64,000 bases of DNA from Promethearchaeota archaeon (lineage in GTDB: Archaea; Asgardarchaeota; Lokiarchaeia; Sigyniarchaeales; SOKP01), in the NCBI GenBank assembly GCA_019057865.1, contig JAHLWP010000005.1, positions 64,001-128,000 on the forward strand. Reading direction: 5' to 3'. The position numbers and the translations under genes are program-made. Each line of letters opens with the position of its first letter. Position 1 is the stretch's first letter. The notes beneath the pieces are model-generated. The model did not search any database. It was not told the origin of the DNA and was given only the letters and a program-made list of their open reading frames with translations. Shown in pieces: positions 47,379-57,621 of this stretch.

Positions 47379-48827
47379 TTAAAGATAAATTAAATTTAAT
47401 TTTTCCATCCTTTCTTTAGCTAGTTCATTAATTTTTTTTGTGGATTCCAAATCAACACTTGATTCACCCGAAATTCTTAAATATGGACTTGTACCTGAGC
47501 GTCTTATTAAAATCCATCCATCATTAAAATCAAATCTTACACCATCCATTTTATTAATATTCTCCAATTTTTTTCCTTGAGAGCCTAATAATTCCTGTAT
47601 TTCATCAATAATTTTTTGATTAATCTCATCAGTAAAAGGGATATCCTTCTTTAATTTAAAGTTGCTTCTGTAATAAGGATATTCGGGGATATCTTTCAAC
47701 AATTCTCTTAATTCTTTTCCAGTTTCAGCTTTCATTCTTAAGACTTTTGCAATAGTCGCTATGGAATCTGGGCCTAAGTGTGTGCTTGGCCATATATACG
47801 TTCCCGACGTTTCTCCCCCCAAAAATCCATTATATTCTTTTAGTGCTTGGGCAACTTTTATATCCCCAACTTCAGTATAAATCACTTTACAATCAAAAGG
47901 TTTTAAGGCATCTGCTAATAAACGGGATGAGTTTACTGCTGTTGTAACTATTCTATTTTCTTTAGGTATCTTTTCTTTATTTCGATTTAAATAATCAACT
48001 GCCATTAATGCTAAAAGACGGATTGGATCCACTATATCTCCTCCCTCATCTATAAAAACAACTCTATCTGCATCTCCATCAAGAGCAATTCCAATTTCCC
48101 CTTTTTCGGAAATATTTATGTATTTAGATAATTGAGTCAGATTTTCTTTACTCGGTTCACTAAGTCTTCCAGGGAATGAACCATCCATATTTCCGTTTAT
48201 AATAAACATTGAACAATTGTAAATATGAAGTAATTTAGGAACTATCTCACAGCTAGCCCCATTTCCAGGATCAACAATAACATTTAATGAACTTCCATCA
48301 AACATTACACGATTAATTACGTCCTTAATATGTATATCGTTAATATCATCAATTGTTGTAACCTTTCCAACGCCATCCCATTCAATTTTTATAAAGTCTT
48401 TCTCATTATAGATTCGCTCAATATCTTCTTCTTGTTCTTCAATATATCCCATTCCAGATGGGTTCCAGAATTTTAACCCAATATATTCTGGAGTATTATG
48501 GGATGCTGTAATCATTACTCCAGCATCAGCTCTTAGAAATTTTAAAGACATAGCTAATGTGGGGGTTGGAACAATCCCTATATTCTTTACATTACATCCT
48601 GTGCTGATTACTCCTGAAATAAATGCGTATTCAATGGGTAAAGCTGGTATACGAATATCTTTCGCAATAACTACAACTGCATCCCCTTTTAGATATGTAC
48701 CTAATGCAAGACCAACATCTAAAGCCATTTGAGGTGTTAGCATAATCTCAGTATTATCATAATTACTAAAAACCCGTCTAATTCCAGAGGTACCAAAAAT
48801 TGGTATTTTTGGACTCAATAAAATCAA
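47379..48827 (-). CDS. glmM: Phosphoglucosamine mutase / phosphohexomutase
   Basis: FGTSGIR, ITASHNTPEY (phospho-Ser), DGDADR, GGETSG, RRSGTSP; next to glmS and nagB. Confidence 0.8.
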   Translation of the reverse strand: MILLSPKIPIFGTSGIRRVFSNYDNTEIMLTPQMALDVGLALGTYLKGDAVVVIAKDIRIPALPIEYAFISGVISTGCNVKNIGIVPTPTLAMSLKFLRADAGVMITASHNTPEYIGLKFWNPSGMGYIEEQEEDIERIYNEKDFIKIEWDGVGKVTTIDDINDIHIKDVINRVMFDGSSLNVIVDPGNGASCEIVPKLLHIYNCSMFIINGNMDGSFPGRLSEPSKENLTQLSKYINISEKGEIGIALDGDADRVVFIDEGGDIVDPIRLLALMAVDYLNRNKEKIPKENRIVTTAVNSSRLLADALKPFDCKVIYTEVGDIKVAQALKEYNGFLGGETSGTYIWPSTHLGPDSIATIAKVLRMKAETGKELRELLKDIPEYPYYRSNFKLKKDIPFTDEINQKIIDEIQELLGSQGKKLENINKMDGVRFDFNDGWILIRRSGTSPYLRISGESSVDLESTKKINELAKERMEKLNLIYL

Positions 48828-49107
48828 TCCTCATTTACTATTAAAATTAAATTAATAAAGAATATTTTAGTTTATATACAGCAATTGAATATAAGATAAA
48901 GAAGGATTATTGCTTTTTATATTTAATTTCTGATTTTTTTCATAAATCAGAATATCTAATTAGGCTAGTTCAATAAAATAAGCACTAAAATAAATTTTAA
49001 ATTTAAAATGCTTATATTCGATTAGAAAAGGAAAAGTATTAATTTTTTTAAAGATACTCTTTAAATAAGAAAAAACAAAGTTATCGCAACACTATTCCTA
49101 ATATAAA

Positions 49108-50586
49108 ATGATATTTCAAGGCTTATTTAACATTTTAGACTTATACTTTAATGATATTGATCTTTTTTACAATAATATTGATAAATATTTTTTTAATAAA
49201 ATTGACAATTCTTTTAGTGATTATAAAATTGTAGAAGGTAATTTAAACCAAGCTCTCGAAGATCTCACTTCATTTCTCATAAAAGAATTTATTGAATTAG
49301 GTTTTGAACAAATAGAGATTGAAAATGAATTTTTGGATCCTTTTTTAGAAATAAGAAAAGAAGACAAAGAAAATTTAACTAGTATTAGAGATCTTTATGA
49401 AAAAAAAGTAGCTCCAATAGTTTATGAGATTCTTTTAGAAAAAATCGTTGATTATCTTGTGGATATAAAAGTAACACCTCTTATGTTAAAAGCTAAGTCA
49501 AAAGGATTTCTAACAATTGAAATTATTATGGAATTGAGAAATTTAAAAGATATCCTTAAACGTTCACCTGAAAAAATGGAGAATTTAAGAAAATACATTC
49601 AAATCAGAGAAAAAATTATTGCTAAACTTAGGGAAGAAAAAAAAAAAATAGAAAGTTTAGAAGATTTAGAAAATCCTCAAGATAAACTCCAATTAATGTA
49701 TTTAATTTATAGAATAATTGATTTTTTTCATTTACAAAAAAGATTTGACTTTTCTCACATTAAAGAATATCTTAAAAATAATGTAGATGAATGGTTAATT
49801 GATGTCCCTTTAATTACTCTAAAAAATCCTGATATATATTTCTGCGGTATTTACCTAGCTAAACAATTCAATGTTGATCTTGATAAGGAAAAAGTAAATC
49901 AGTTTTTGTTAAAATTATATGAAGAAGCTGTAGATGAATATGAAGTACCCCTTATTGAAGCTACAGATGGAGTATATTATTACCTTAAATCTACAGATTT
50001 AATGGAACTATGGTTAAACAAAGATCAAATTAATAATATTATATTTATAGACCCCAAATATTTCCAATCTAATTATTTGAAAGATTTTGAAACCTCACAA
50101 TTGGTCGTAATCTTAAAACTCTATAAATATCTGGAAGCTAAATTATTAGATCACGATATAAAAGCTATAACTGATGAAATAGAATTACGTGTCACTTCTG
50201 AAGGGATAAAACAATTCAGAGATGGTTTTATATCTTCTGAAGCTACTTATTATGTTTTATTTTGTAATTATATGAGAAACACCCTTGAAAAACTGAAGGA
50301 TTATGCTCTTTTAGATAATATTGTTTCAAGAATTTATAGAAATCTAGAACTAATAGATTTCTCAGTAGATACAAATTATGATTTGGTAAGTGAATTATTT
50401 TACTCAGTTGAGAGTTTAAAATTATTTAATTGTATAGAAACCAAACAAATGATAATTCATCTTGCTAAATTTCTATTTCCACAAGAAATTGTTAAGAAGA
50501 TATCAAGTAGTGAAGAAATAATTTGTACTACAGCAAGATTTAGGCATTTGAAAGTAAATAAGATAACAGGAGAGACTATTTATTAA
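49108..50586 (+). CDS. Hypothetical all-helical protein, C-terminal half possibly a prenyltransferase-like alpha/alpha barrel
   Basis: 492 aa. Recurrent helix starts such as IYFCGI, ATDGVYY, SEATYYV and ELFYSVESL. The fold call is tentative. Confidence 0.6.
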   Translation: MIFQGLFNILDLYFNDIDLFYNNIDKYFFNKIDNSFSDYKIVEGNLNQALEDLTSFLIKEFIELGFEQIEIENEFLDPFLEIRKEDKENLTSIRDLYEKKVAPIVYEILLEKIVDYLVDIKVTPLMLKAKSKGFLTIEIIMELRNLKDILKRSPEKMENLRKYIQIREKIIAKLREEKKKIESLEDLENPQDKLQLMYLIYRIIDFFHLQKRFDFSHIKEYLKNNVDEWLIDVPLITLKNPDIYFCGIYLAKQFNVDLDKEKVNQFLLKLYEEAVDEYEVPLIEATDGVYYYLKSTDLMELWLNKDQINNIIFIDPKYFQSNYLKDFETSQLVVILKLYKYLEAKLLDHDIKAITDEIELRVTSEGIKQFRDGFISSEATYYVLFCNYMRNTLEKLKDYALLDNIVSRIYRNLELIDFSVDTNYDLVSELFYSVESLKLFNCIETKQMIIHLAKFLFPQEIVKKISSSEEIICTTARFRHLKVNKITGETIY

Positions 50587-50705
50587 TTAAAGATCACACA
50601 TGAAATCTTCTTGAAAAAAATATAGTAAACTTCTTTTAGAAAATAATAATTTTAAATTAAATCTAATCATTTAAGTAAGATAATAATAAGACCAATTGAT
50701 TACTC

Positions 50706-52184
50706 ATGGATTTTAAAAATTTTGAACTTATTTATAAAGAAAATAGACATGAAATTAAAGATAAGCAAGCAATAGAATCAAAATTAAACGAAATTGTAGG
50801 AGAAAGTAATGTTTCAACAAAAGATATTGATATATTGGCTTATACTAAGGATACTACGCTTCTAACATTCAATTGGACAATCGAAGGAAAAATAGCAGGA
50901 TTGCCAGATTTCATAACGTGGCCAGAAACTGTTGATCATATATCTGAAATTTTAAGGCTTGCAAATAAAGAAAAGATCCCAATTATACCTTTTGCTGAAG
51001 GATCTGGAGTGGTGGGAGGAGCAATACCCATTCATGGTGGAATTATTATTGATATGAAAAAATTTAATAAAATTCTTGATATAAATGATAAGAATTTAAC
51101 GGTAACAGCTCAAACTGGTATTAATGGTATGAATTTAGAACGGTATTTAAATGCTAAAGGTTATACTGCTGGTCATATACCCCAATCTCTCTATATTTCC
51201 TCTTTAGGTGGATGGATTGCACACCGTGCGGCGGGTCAATTCAGTACAAAATATGGAAAGATTGAAGATATTGTTTTAGGAATGGAAGTTATTTTACCTC
51301 AAGGAGAAATTATTAATCTTAAAACAATTCCCAGAGCCTCAACAGGACCTCAACTTGATAAATTATTTATTGGTGGAGAAGGTACGCTAGGAATAATTAC
51401 TAAAGCAACATTAAAAATTTGGCCTTATCCTGAAAAACGAGCTTTAATATCGTATGCTTTTCCTACAATTGAAAATTCATTTGAAGCAATAAGACAAATC
51501 TTAAGAGTTCAAATTTATCCCGCAGTTATAAGAATCTATGATCAATTTGAAACTGAAAGACATTTTCCAGATGTTGAACAAGCAAAAGATAAAGTTATGG
51601 TTATATTTGTATGCGAAGGAAATTCAAAACTCGTTGATTTAGAAGAATCGATTACTAGGGAAAAATGTGAAAATATATTAGGCGTAGATTGCGGTGAACA
51701 TCCAGTAGAACATTGGTTTGAAACTAGATTTAGAGTAACAGAGACGTCTATGCTGCCTACATATAAAATTGTATTTGATACTCTTGAAGTAGCTTCTTTA
51801 TGGGAAAATGCCCCAGATATTTATCATTCTGTTTTAGAAGCAATGGATAAAGTAAAAGGAAATTTAATGATCACTGCTCATATTTCACATTTTTATCCAA
51901 ATGGAGTAGGTATTTACTTTTCATTTGGCGGAGTACCACAGAAAGGAAAAACTGATTTAGAATTTTATCAAGAATGTTGGGATACTACAATTAAAGCTGT
52001 ATTGGATGGTGGTGGTTCAATTGCCCATCATCATGGAATAGGGATTAATAGAGCACATTGGATGGATGATGAATGGGGAAAATCAATGAAGGTAATGAGA
52101 GATATTAAAAATTTACTTGATCCTAACAATATACTCAATCCCGGTAAAATTTATGTGAATACTTGGAAAAGAGGTGAAAATTAA
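50706..52184 (+). CDS. FAD-binding oxidoreductase of the VAO family, alkyl-DHAP synthase (AGPS)-like
   Basis: GSGVVGG, GHIPQS...SLGGW...AAGQFSTKYGKIED, GGEGTLGIIT, HISHFY...IYF, AHHHGIG, DPNNILNPGK. Confidence 0.88.
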   Translation: MDFKNFELIYKENRHEIKDKQAIESKLNEIVGESNVSTKDIDILAYTKDTTLLTFNWTIEGKIAGLPDFITWPETVDHISEILRLANKEKIPIIPFAEGSGVVGGAIPIHGGIIIDMKKFNKILDINDKNLTVTAQTGINGMNLERYLNAKGYTAGHIPQSLYISSLGGWIAHRAAGQFSTKYGKIEDIVLGMEVILPQGEIINLKTIPRASTGPQLDKLFIGGEGTLGIITKATLKIWPYPEKRALISYAFPTIENSFEAIRQILRVQIYPAVIRIYDQFETERHFPDVEQAKDKVMVIFVCEGNSKLVDLEESITREKCENILGVDCGEHPVEHWFETRFRVTETSMLPTYKIVFDTLEVASLWENAPDIYHSVLEAMDKVKGNLMITAHISHFYPNGVGIYFSFGGVPQKGKTDLEFYQECWDTTIKAVLDGGGSIAHHHGIGINRAHWMDDEWGKSMKVMRDIKNLLDPNNILNPGKIYVNTWKRGEN

Positions 52185-53458
52185 TGGGTGTCTTTGAAAC
52201 GTTAAAGAAATACAAATGGATGGTTCCCCTTATTGAAAAAGCGGATAGGATTACCAAATCTACATTATTGAAAAATTTTCGTCTAAAAAAGAAGAATTTC
52301 TATCCAGAAGGAGAATATAAAGCAGATATAGACAATTTAATTAAATGTATGCTTTGCGTTAACCTTTGCAGGTTTGACTGCCAAACTCTTCAAGCATCAC
52401 AATCCGAAACGATGAGTCCTGGTTATAAAGCTAGAATTGGCTATTATTTAACAATGGGAAAAATAGATCCTACAAAAGAGGAAAATAAGGATTTTATAGA
52501 CCTTATGTACAAATGTACTAATGAAGAGAGTTGTAAAGTTTGGTGCCCTTTTGATTTTTCAGTAGTATCTCTATTAGAAACTGTCAGAGATGACTTAAAT
52601 GATAAAGGATTAATGCCAGAATATTGCAAACAGCAGATAGATAAGTTAAATAAGACAAATACAATAGAGGATTATAATATTTATGAAACTTATAAGGAAA
52701 AGGGGATAGATAATATTGAAACAGATGGAAATGATGAAGTTTATTATTATATTGGCTGTGAAATGATGAAATTTCCAGAGGTTGTTAAAGCAAATATAGA
52801 AATCCTGAAAAAAGCAGGAATAAAATTCTCGACTAATTTGGAAAAGAGAGTATGTTGTGGAGGTCCTGCTTTTAATATTAGAGATTTAGAGACAGGAAAA
52901 AGGTTTGCCAATAAAAATAAGGAATCAATTGAGAGCACTGGTGCTAAAATTGTCGTTTCAGATTGCCCAGGCTGCGTGTTAACTTTAACTGAAAGATATA
53001 ATAAAGCGGGAATTGATATTGAAGTAAGAATTGTTCATATAGTTGAATATATTAACCATTTAATTAGTGATGGTAAATTAAAATTTGAAAAGGAAATTTC
53101 AGAGAAATTTAAAACAATTACAATTCATGATCCTTGTCTAATCTCAAGGACCCTGAATGATACTACTTCTATAAGGGAGATTTTAAATCAAATTCCGGGG
53201 CTTAAAATTGTCGAGCCAATCTATAACAAAGAGTACGTTCATTGTTGTGGTTGGAGTGGAACAGTTCATTGGGCAGATAAAGAGATTGCAATTAATGAAG
53301 CTAAGAACAGAGTAAAAGAATTAAAAGAGACAGGGTCTAACATCTTCTTAACCGCATGTCCTCTCTGCGAATTAGGTCTAGCTTATGGAATAAATGAAAC
53401 AGAAAAAGAAAAATATAAAATATTGGATATATCTGAATTAATAATAAAAGTAATATAA
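52184..53458 (+). CDS. Fe-S oxidoreductase subunit with ferredoxin-like and two CCG domains (GlpC/GlcF/HdrD-like)
   Basis: CMLCVNLC...C, CTNEESCKVWCP, CCGG..DCPGC, HDPC..CCGW..ACPLC. Start overlaps the upstream stop (TAATG). Confidence 0.88.
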   Translation: MGVFETLKKYKWMVPLIEKADRITKSTLLKNFRLKKKNFYPEGEYKADIDNLIKCMLCVNLCRFDCQTLQASQSETMSPGYKARIGYYLTMGKIDPTKEENKDFIDLMYKCTNEESCKVWCPFDFSVVSLLETVRDDLNDKGLMPEYCKQQIDKLNKTNTIEDYNIYETYKEKGIDNIETDGNDEVYYYIGCEMMKFPEVVKANIEILKKAGIKFSTNLEKRVCCGGPAFNIRDLETGKRFANKNKESIESTGAKIVVSDCPGCVLTLTERYNKAGIDIEVRIVHIVEYINHLISDGKLKFEKEISEKFKTITIHDPCLISRTLNDTTSIREILNQIPGLKIVEPIYNKEYVHCCGWSGTVHWADKEIAINEAKNRVKELKETGSNIFLTACPLCELGLAYGINETEKEKYKILDISELIIKVI

Positions 53459-53496
53459 AAAAATAATAAGTATATACATTTCTATAGAGTGATGAT

Positions 53497-54957
53497 ATGA
53501 GTGAATTAATGTGTGTGTTTGATATTGGAACTACAGGAGCAAGAACGATTATTTTTGACATTAACGGTAAAGAAATTATACGTGCTTATGAGGAATATCC
53601 CGTTGTGAAACAACCTGTTGGTATTTCAGAACAAGATCCTGCAATTTGGTGGAATGCAATTAAGAAAACTTGTAATTATGTTTCTCAAAAAGTCAATGTC
53701 AATGATATTGTTGGTATTTCTGCTGCTTTTCTTAGACAAACAATGACATTTCTAGATGATAAAGGAATTCCATTACATCCTGCCTTAACATGGATGGATG
53801 AAAGAGAAGAATCAAGCGCTAAGGATTGGGTTGATGAAGAAGGTGCCTTCAGAAGAGCAATGCCTAAAATTTTATGGATGAAAAAGAATAAATCTGAAAT
53901 TTTCGATAAAGTTTCGAAAATTGCTTTTGTTGATACTTATATTATGAATAAATTATGCGAAAACCTTGTAACTGATCCTACTAATGGATATTGGGGAATA
54001 CTTAATTTACAAACGCTAAAATGGGATGTAAATTTAGCAGAAGCCTATGAAGTTCCATTAGATTTATGGCCTGATTTACGTTTTCCTGGAGAAGTTCTTG
54101 GTGAGCTCACTAGTGATTCTGCGAAAGAATTGGGCTTACCAAATAACATTCCAGTGATAATGGGGAGCGGAGATCAACAATGTGCTGCTTTAGGATTAGG
54201 GGTCCTTGAAACAGGTCAAGCAAAAATCACTATGGGCACTGGAACTTTCGTTGATTATGTTGTGGATAAACCGATTATACCAGCCGGAGATATTCCTATA
54301 TTTTCTATACCAACACCAATCAAAGGAAAATGGAATCTTGAAGGTTCAATGCCAGGTACTGGAACAGCCATGAAATGGTTTAAAGACAATTTTTCTCAAT
54401 TACAAATTAAAGAAAGTCTTGAGAAACAGATAAACGTTTATGATATGCTAGCAAATGAGGCGGCGAATGTACGACCTGGAAGTGAAGGCTTACTTTTTCT
54501 ACCTTTATACATGTACAGAAAAGGTGCAATTCACGGTCTTGGATGGAATCATACTAGAGCACATATGATCCGGGCAATTATGGAGTCTGCTGCTCTTAGT
54601 GCTCAGATGTATCTCCAAATGTTAGAGGCAATGGGGGGTGCAAAAGTCTCAGAAGTTAAAGCAGACGGAGGAGCGATGAATAGTCAATTATGGGCACAAA
54701 TCTTAGCAGATATAACATCAAAAAAAATTCTAATACCTGAAGTAAAAGATGGTGCTGCTATGGGTGCCGCAATTTTGGGTTTTTATGGTATTAAGAAATA
54801 TGAAAGTTTTGAGAAAGCAGTTAATAACATGGTAAGATTTACTGATGTTAAGGAACCTATAAAACAAAATGTCAAGATTTATAAAAAATTGAATAGGATT
54901 TTCATGCCTCCCTTATTAGAGTTATATGAGAAAAAGAGAATCACAAAAGATTTATAA
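53497..54957 (+). CDS. FGGY-family carbohydrate kinase (xylulose/glycerol kinase-like)
   Basis: FDIGTTG, EQDP, TWMDER, GSGDQQ, MGTG, DGGAMNS..WAQILAD, AMGAA. Confidence 0.92.
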   Translation: MSELMCVFDIGTTGARTIIFDINGKEIIRAYEEYPVVKQPVGISEQDPAIWWNAIKKTCNYVSQKVNVNDIVGISAAFLRQTMTFLDDKGIPLHPALTWMDEREESSAKDWVDEEGAFRRAMPKILWMKKNKSEIFDKVSKIAFVDTYIMNKLCENLVTDPTNGYWGILNLQTLKWDVNLAEAYEVPLDLWPDLRFPGEVLGELTSDSAKELGLPNNIPVIMGSGDQQCAALGLGVLETGQAKITMGTGTFVDYVVDKPIIPAGDIPIFSIPTPIKGKWNLEGSMPGTGTAMKWFKDNFSQLQIKESLEKQINVYDMLANEAANVRPGSEGLLFLPLYMYRKGAIHGLGWNHTRAHMIRAIMESAALSAQMYLQMLEAMGGAKVSEVKADGGAMNSQLWAQILADITSKKILIPEVKDGAAMGAAILGFYGIKKYESFEKAVNNMVRFTDVKEPIKQNVKIYKKLNRIFMPPLLELYEKKRITKDL

Positions 54958-55074
54958 TTTTTTATCTTTTTTTTGTTTATTTTAAGTTTTGATAAGTTAC
55001 TTTCAAATTTAGAAAAGTATTTTTTGAATCTTTTATTTCAAAAATTATAGAATATCAAACAATTTATAGCTCAC

Positions 55075-55902
55075 ATGCCTTATTTTGTGAATAGAGAGGG
55101 ATACCGACTTTATTATGAAGATATTAACTCTTCATCAAAAATGTGTACTATAATTATGCTTCATGGTTTCGCCTCGTCAGCATCTTTCTTTAAAGCCCAA
55201 ATAAAAATTTTAAAAGATAATTATCGGATAATTGCGTTTGATGCTTTAGGGCATGGGAGAAGTGATCATCCAAAAAAGTTGCATCTTTCAAAAAATATAA
55301 GACATGAAATTATCAGAGATTTAGAGGATTTATTAAAATATTTAGGAGTTAAAGAGAAGTATGGGATAATTGGGCATTCTCTCGTAGGAGGGATGATAGC
55401 TCAATTGATTTGCATGAAACATCCTGAAGATATCAAATTTCTCATTTTATTAAATTCTGGTTATATAATGATCGATAACGTAATTCGAAATATTTTTTAC
55501 AATTTACTCCCTTATTCTATTCGTATGAGTTTTTTGGATGTAGTAGCAAATTCAGTTGAAAAAGTTTTAGATAGAATCATTCCTTTTATTATAACTGCAT
55601 TATCAGATTCTTTAGTTGGTACAAAATTAACCAAAGACGAGTTATATATGAAAATTGAAGAGCAAATCTTTGGAATGATAAATGAAATAAATGAATATGA
55701 TCCCTCAAGTATTACATGCCCAACTCTTATAATTGGAGGGAGACTTGATAACTTTGCTCCTGGAGCGATGTCAGAAGAACTTCATAAAAAAATTAAAAAT
55801 TCTCAATTAGAAATTATTGATATGGCAGGTCATTTCGCTCCTGCTCAACGAAAAGAGATAGTTAATGAATTAATATGTAATTTTATTAGAAGTTTTAAGT
55901 GA
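55075..55902 (+). CDS. Alpha/beta-fold hydrolase
   Basis: LHGF, DALGHGRS, GHSLVGG nucleophile elbow, PTLIIGGRLD, AGHF. Confidence 0.88.
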   Translation: MPYFVNREGYRLYYEDINSSSKMCTIIMLHGFASSASFFKAQIKILKDNYRIIAFDALGHGRSDHPKKLHLSKNIRHEIIRDLEDLLKYLGVKEKYGIIGHSLVGGMIAQLICMKHPEDIKFLILLNSGYIMIDNVIRNIFYNLLPYSIRMSFLDVVANSVEKVLDRIIPFIITALSDSLVGTKLTKDELYMKIEEQIFGMINEINEYDPSSITCPTLIIGGRLDNFAPGAMSEELHKKIKNSQLEIIDMAGHFAPAQRKEIVNELICNFIRSFK

Positions 55903-55947
55903 TTAATTAATATTAATTCGGTTAATAAATAAGAGATTGATTTTAAA

Positions 55948-56313
55948 ATGGATGAAATTCATGATCAAAATACGCTCGTTTCATTTTTTAAAAAGGAAGT
56001 GAATAATTTCGTGAATAGCCGTAATTGGACAAAATACCATACACCAAAGAATTTAATTCAAGCTTTAATGATTGAAGCAGCAGAACTATCTCAGTGTTTA
56101 TTATTCAAGGAGGATAAAATTGAACATATCTTAAAAGATGAAACTCTATTAACTAACATATCTGACGAAATTGCGGATATTTTTATCTATTTAATTAGTA
56201 TTGTTAACGTTTTGGGTTTAGATTTAACTAAAGCGTTTATAGGGAAAATGGAAAAAAACAAAAAAAAGTATTCCGTTAAAGAGTTTAATAATGGGAAGTA
56301 TTATAAAAAGTAA
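55948..56313 (+). CDS. MazG-like dNTP pyrophosphohydrolase (DCTPP1-type)
   Basis: RNWTKYHTPKNL...IEAAEL...DEIADI...KMEKNKKKY. Confidence 0.9.
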   Translation: MDEIHDQNTLVSFFKKEVNNFVNSRNWTKYHTPKNLIQALMIEAAELSQCLLFKEDKIEHILKDETLLTNISDEIADIFIYLISIVNVLGLDLTKAFIGKMEKNKKKYSVKEFNNGKYYKK

Positions 56314-56393
56314 ATTAGGTTAACCGATTTATAATTTTTTTATTTTATTATTAATAAAAAGATTTTTTATGGCTTTTTCTATTATTTATTATC

Positions 56394-57371
56394 ATGCCAG
56401 AGGAAAATATTGAAAATATTATTAAGGAGCAACTAGAATTTACATTAAAAGAAACAAAATTTCCTTCTTTAGGAAAATTATATAGAGGAAAGGTCCGTGA
56501 TAACTATATAAAGGAAGATATTAGGATAATTATTGCAACTGATAGACTGAGTGCATTTGATCGTGTTATTACTACTATCCCTTTTAAAGGTCAGATGTTA
56601 AATCAGGTTTCTTCGTTCTGGTTTGAAAAAACAAAAGATTTAGTAAAAAATCATATCATTGAAGTTCCAGATCCTAATGTTTCAGTTGTTCACCAATGTC
56701 AAACACTCCCAATTGAAATAATTGTTAGAGCCTATCTTACTGGTACAGCATGGCGTAATTATTTAAAAGGAGAATCTACTTCGGGAATTCTAATTCCTAA
56801 AGGGATGAGAAAAAATCAAAAATTGGATGAAATCTTAATCACACCTTCAACTAAAGCAGAAACTGGGCATGACATTTACATCTCGAAAGAATTCATTATA
56901 AAAGAAAAAATAGTTAGTAAAGAAATCTATGAACAAATGGAAGATGCCGCTATGAAACTATTTAAATTTGGTCAAAATTACTGTAAGAAGAATGGACTGA
57001 TTCTAGTTGATACTAAATATGAATTCGGAGTAAAAGATAACGAATTAATTGTAATAGATGAAATTCATACACAGGATTCTTCACGATTCTGGATACTCGA
57101 TTCATATGATAAAAAGTTTGAAGAAAATAAAGAACCAGATATATTGGATAAAGAGATATTTAGAGGGTGGTTAATGGAAACATATCCAGAAATTTTCCCT
57201 GATATCAAACCAGATGAAAATATTCCTCCTATAACAGATGAAATTAAAATAGAATTAGCAAAAAGGTATATGAAAAGCTATGAAAAGATTACTGGGATAA
57301 AATTTAAAGCCGAAATTTCCGAAGTAAACAATAGAATATATGAAAATTTGAAAAAAGCTAATTATTTATAG
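56394..57371 (+). CDS. purC: SAICAR synthetase
   Basis: RGKVRD, ATDRLSAFD, TPSTKA..GHD, DTKYEFG, DEIHTQDSSRFW. Confidence 0.96.
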   Translation: MPEENIENIIKEQLEFTLKETKFPSLGKLYRGKVRDNYIKEDIRIIIATDRLSAFDRVITTIPFKGQMLNQVSSFWFEKTKDLVKNHIIEVPDPNVSVVHQCQTLPIEIIVRAYLTGTAWRNYLKGESTSGILIPKGMRKNQKLDEILITPSTKAETGHDIYISKEFIIKEKIVSKEIYEQMEDAAMKLFKFGQNYCKKNGLILVDTKYEFGVKDNELIVIDEIHTQDSSRFWILDSYDKKFEENKEPDILDKEIFRGWLMETYPEIFPDIKPDENIPPITDEIKIELAKRYMKSYEKITGIKFKAEISEVNNRIYENLKKANYL

Positions 57372-57417
57372 AATTTAAGAAAAATTTATATAATAATCAG
57401 TAGTATTTTTTCTTATA

Positions 57418-57621
57418 ATGTTAAATTTAATTCTTTTATTTATTGATTTTGTCTTATTTATTCTAAGTTTTATATTTGCTATAATTGACATTAAATCTTA
57501 TACTAAAGATGAAAAAAAAGAGATAGATATGAAAAAATTACCTAAGTTTAGCAAATATAGTTTACTGTGTGGTCTTTTAGCTTTAATATTAATGATAATA
57601 GTTAGTATTAGCTATATCTAA
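57418..57621 (+). CDS. Small two-TM membrane protein
   Basis: 67 aa with two hydrophobic helices around a Lys-rich loop. Confidence 0.55.
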   Translation: MLNLILLFIDFVLFILSFIFAIIDIKSYTKDEKKEIDMKKLPKFSKYSLLCGLLALILMIIVSISYI

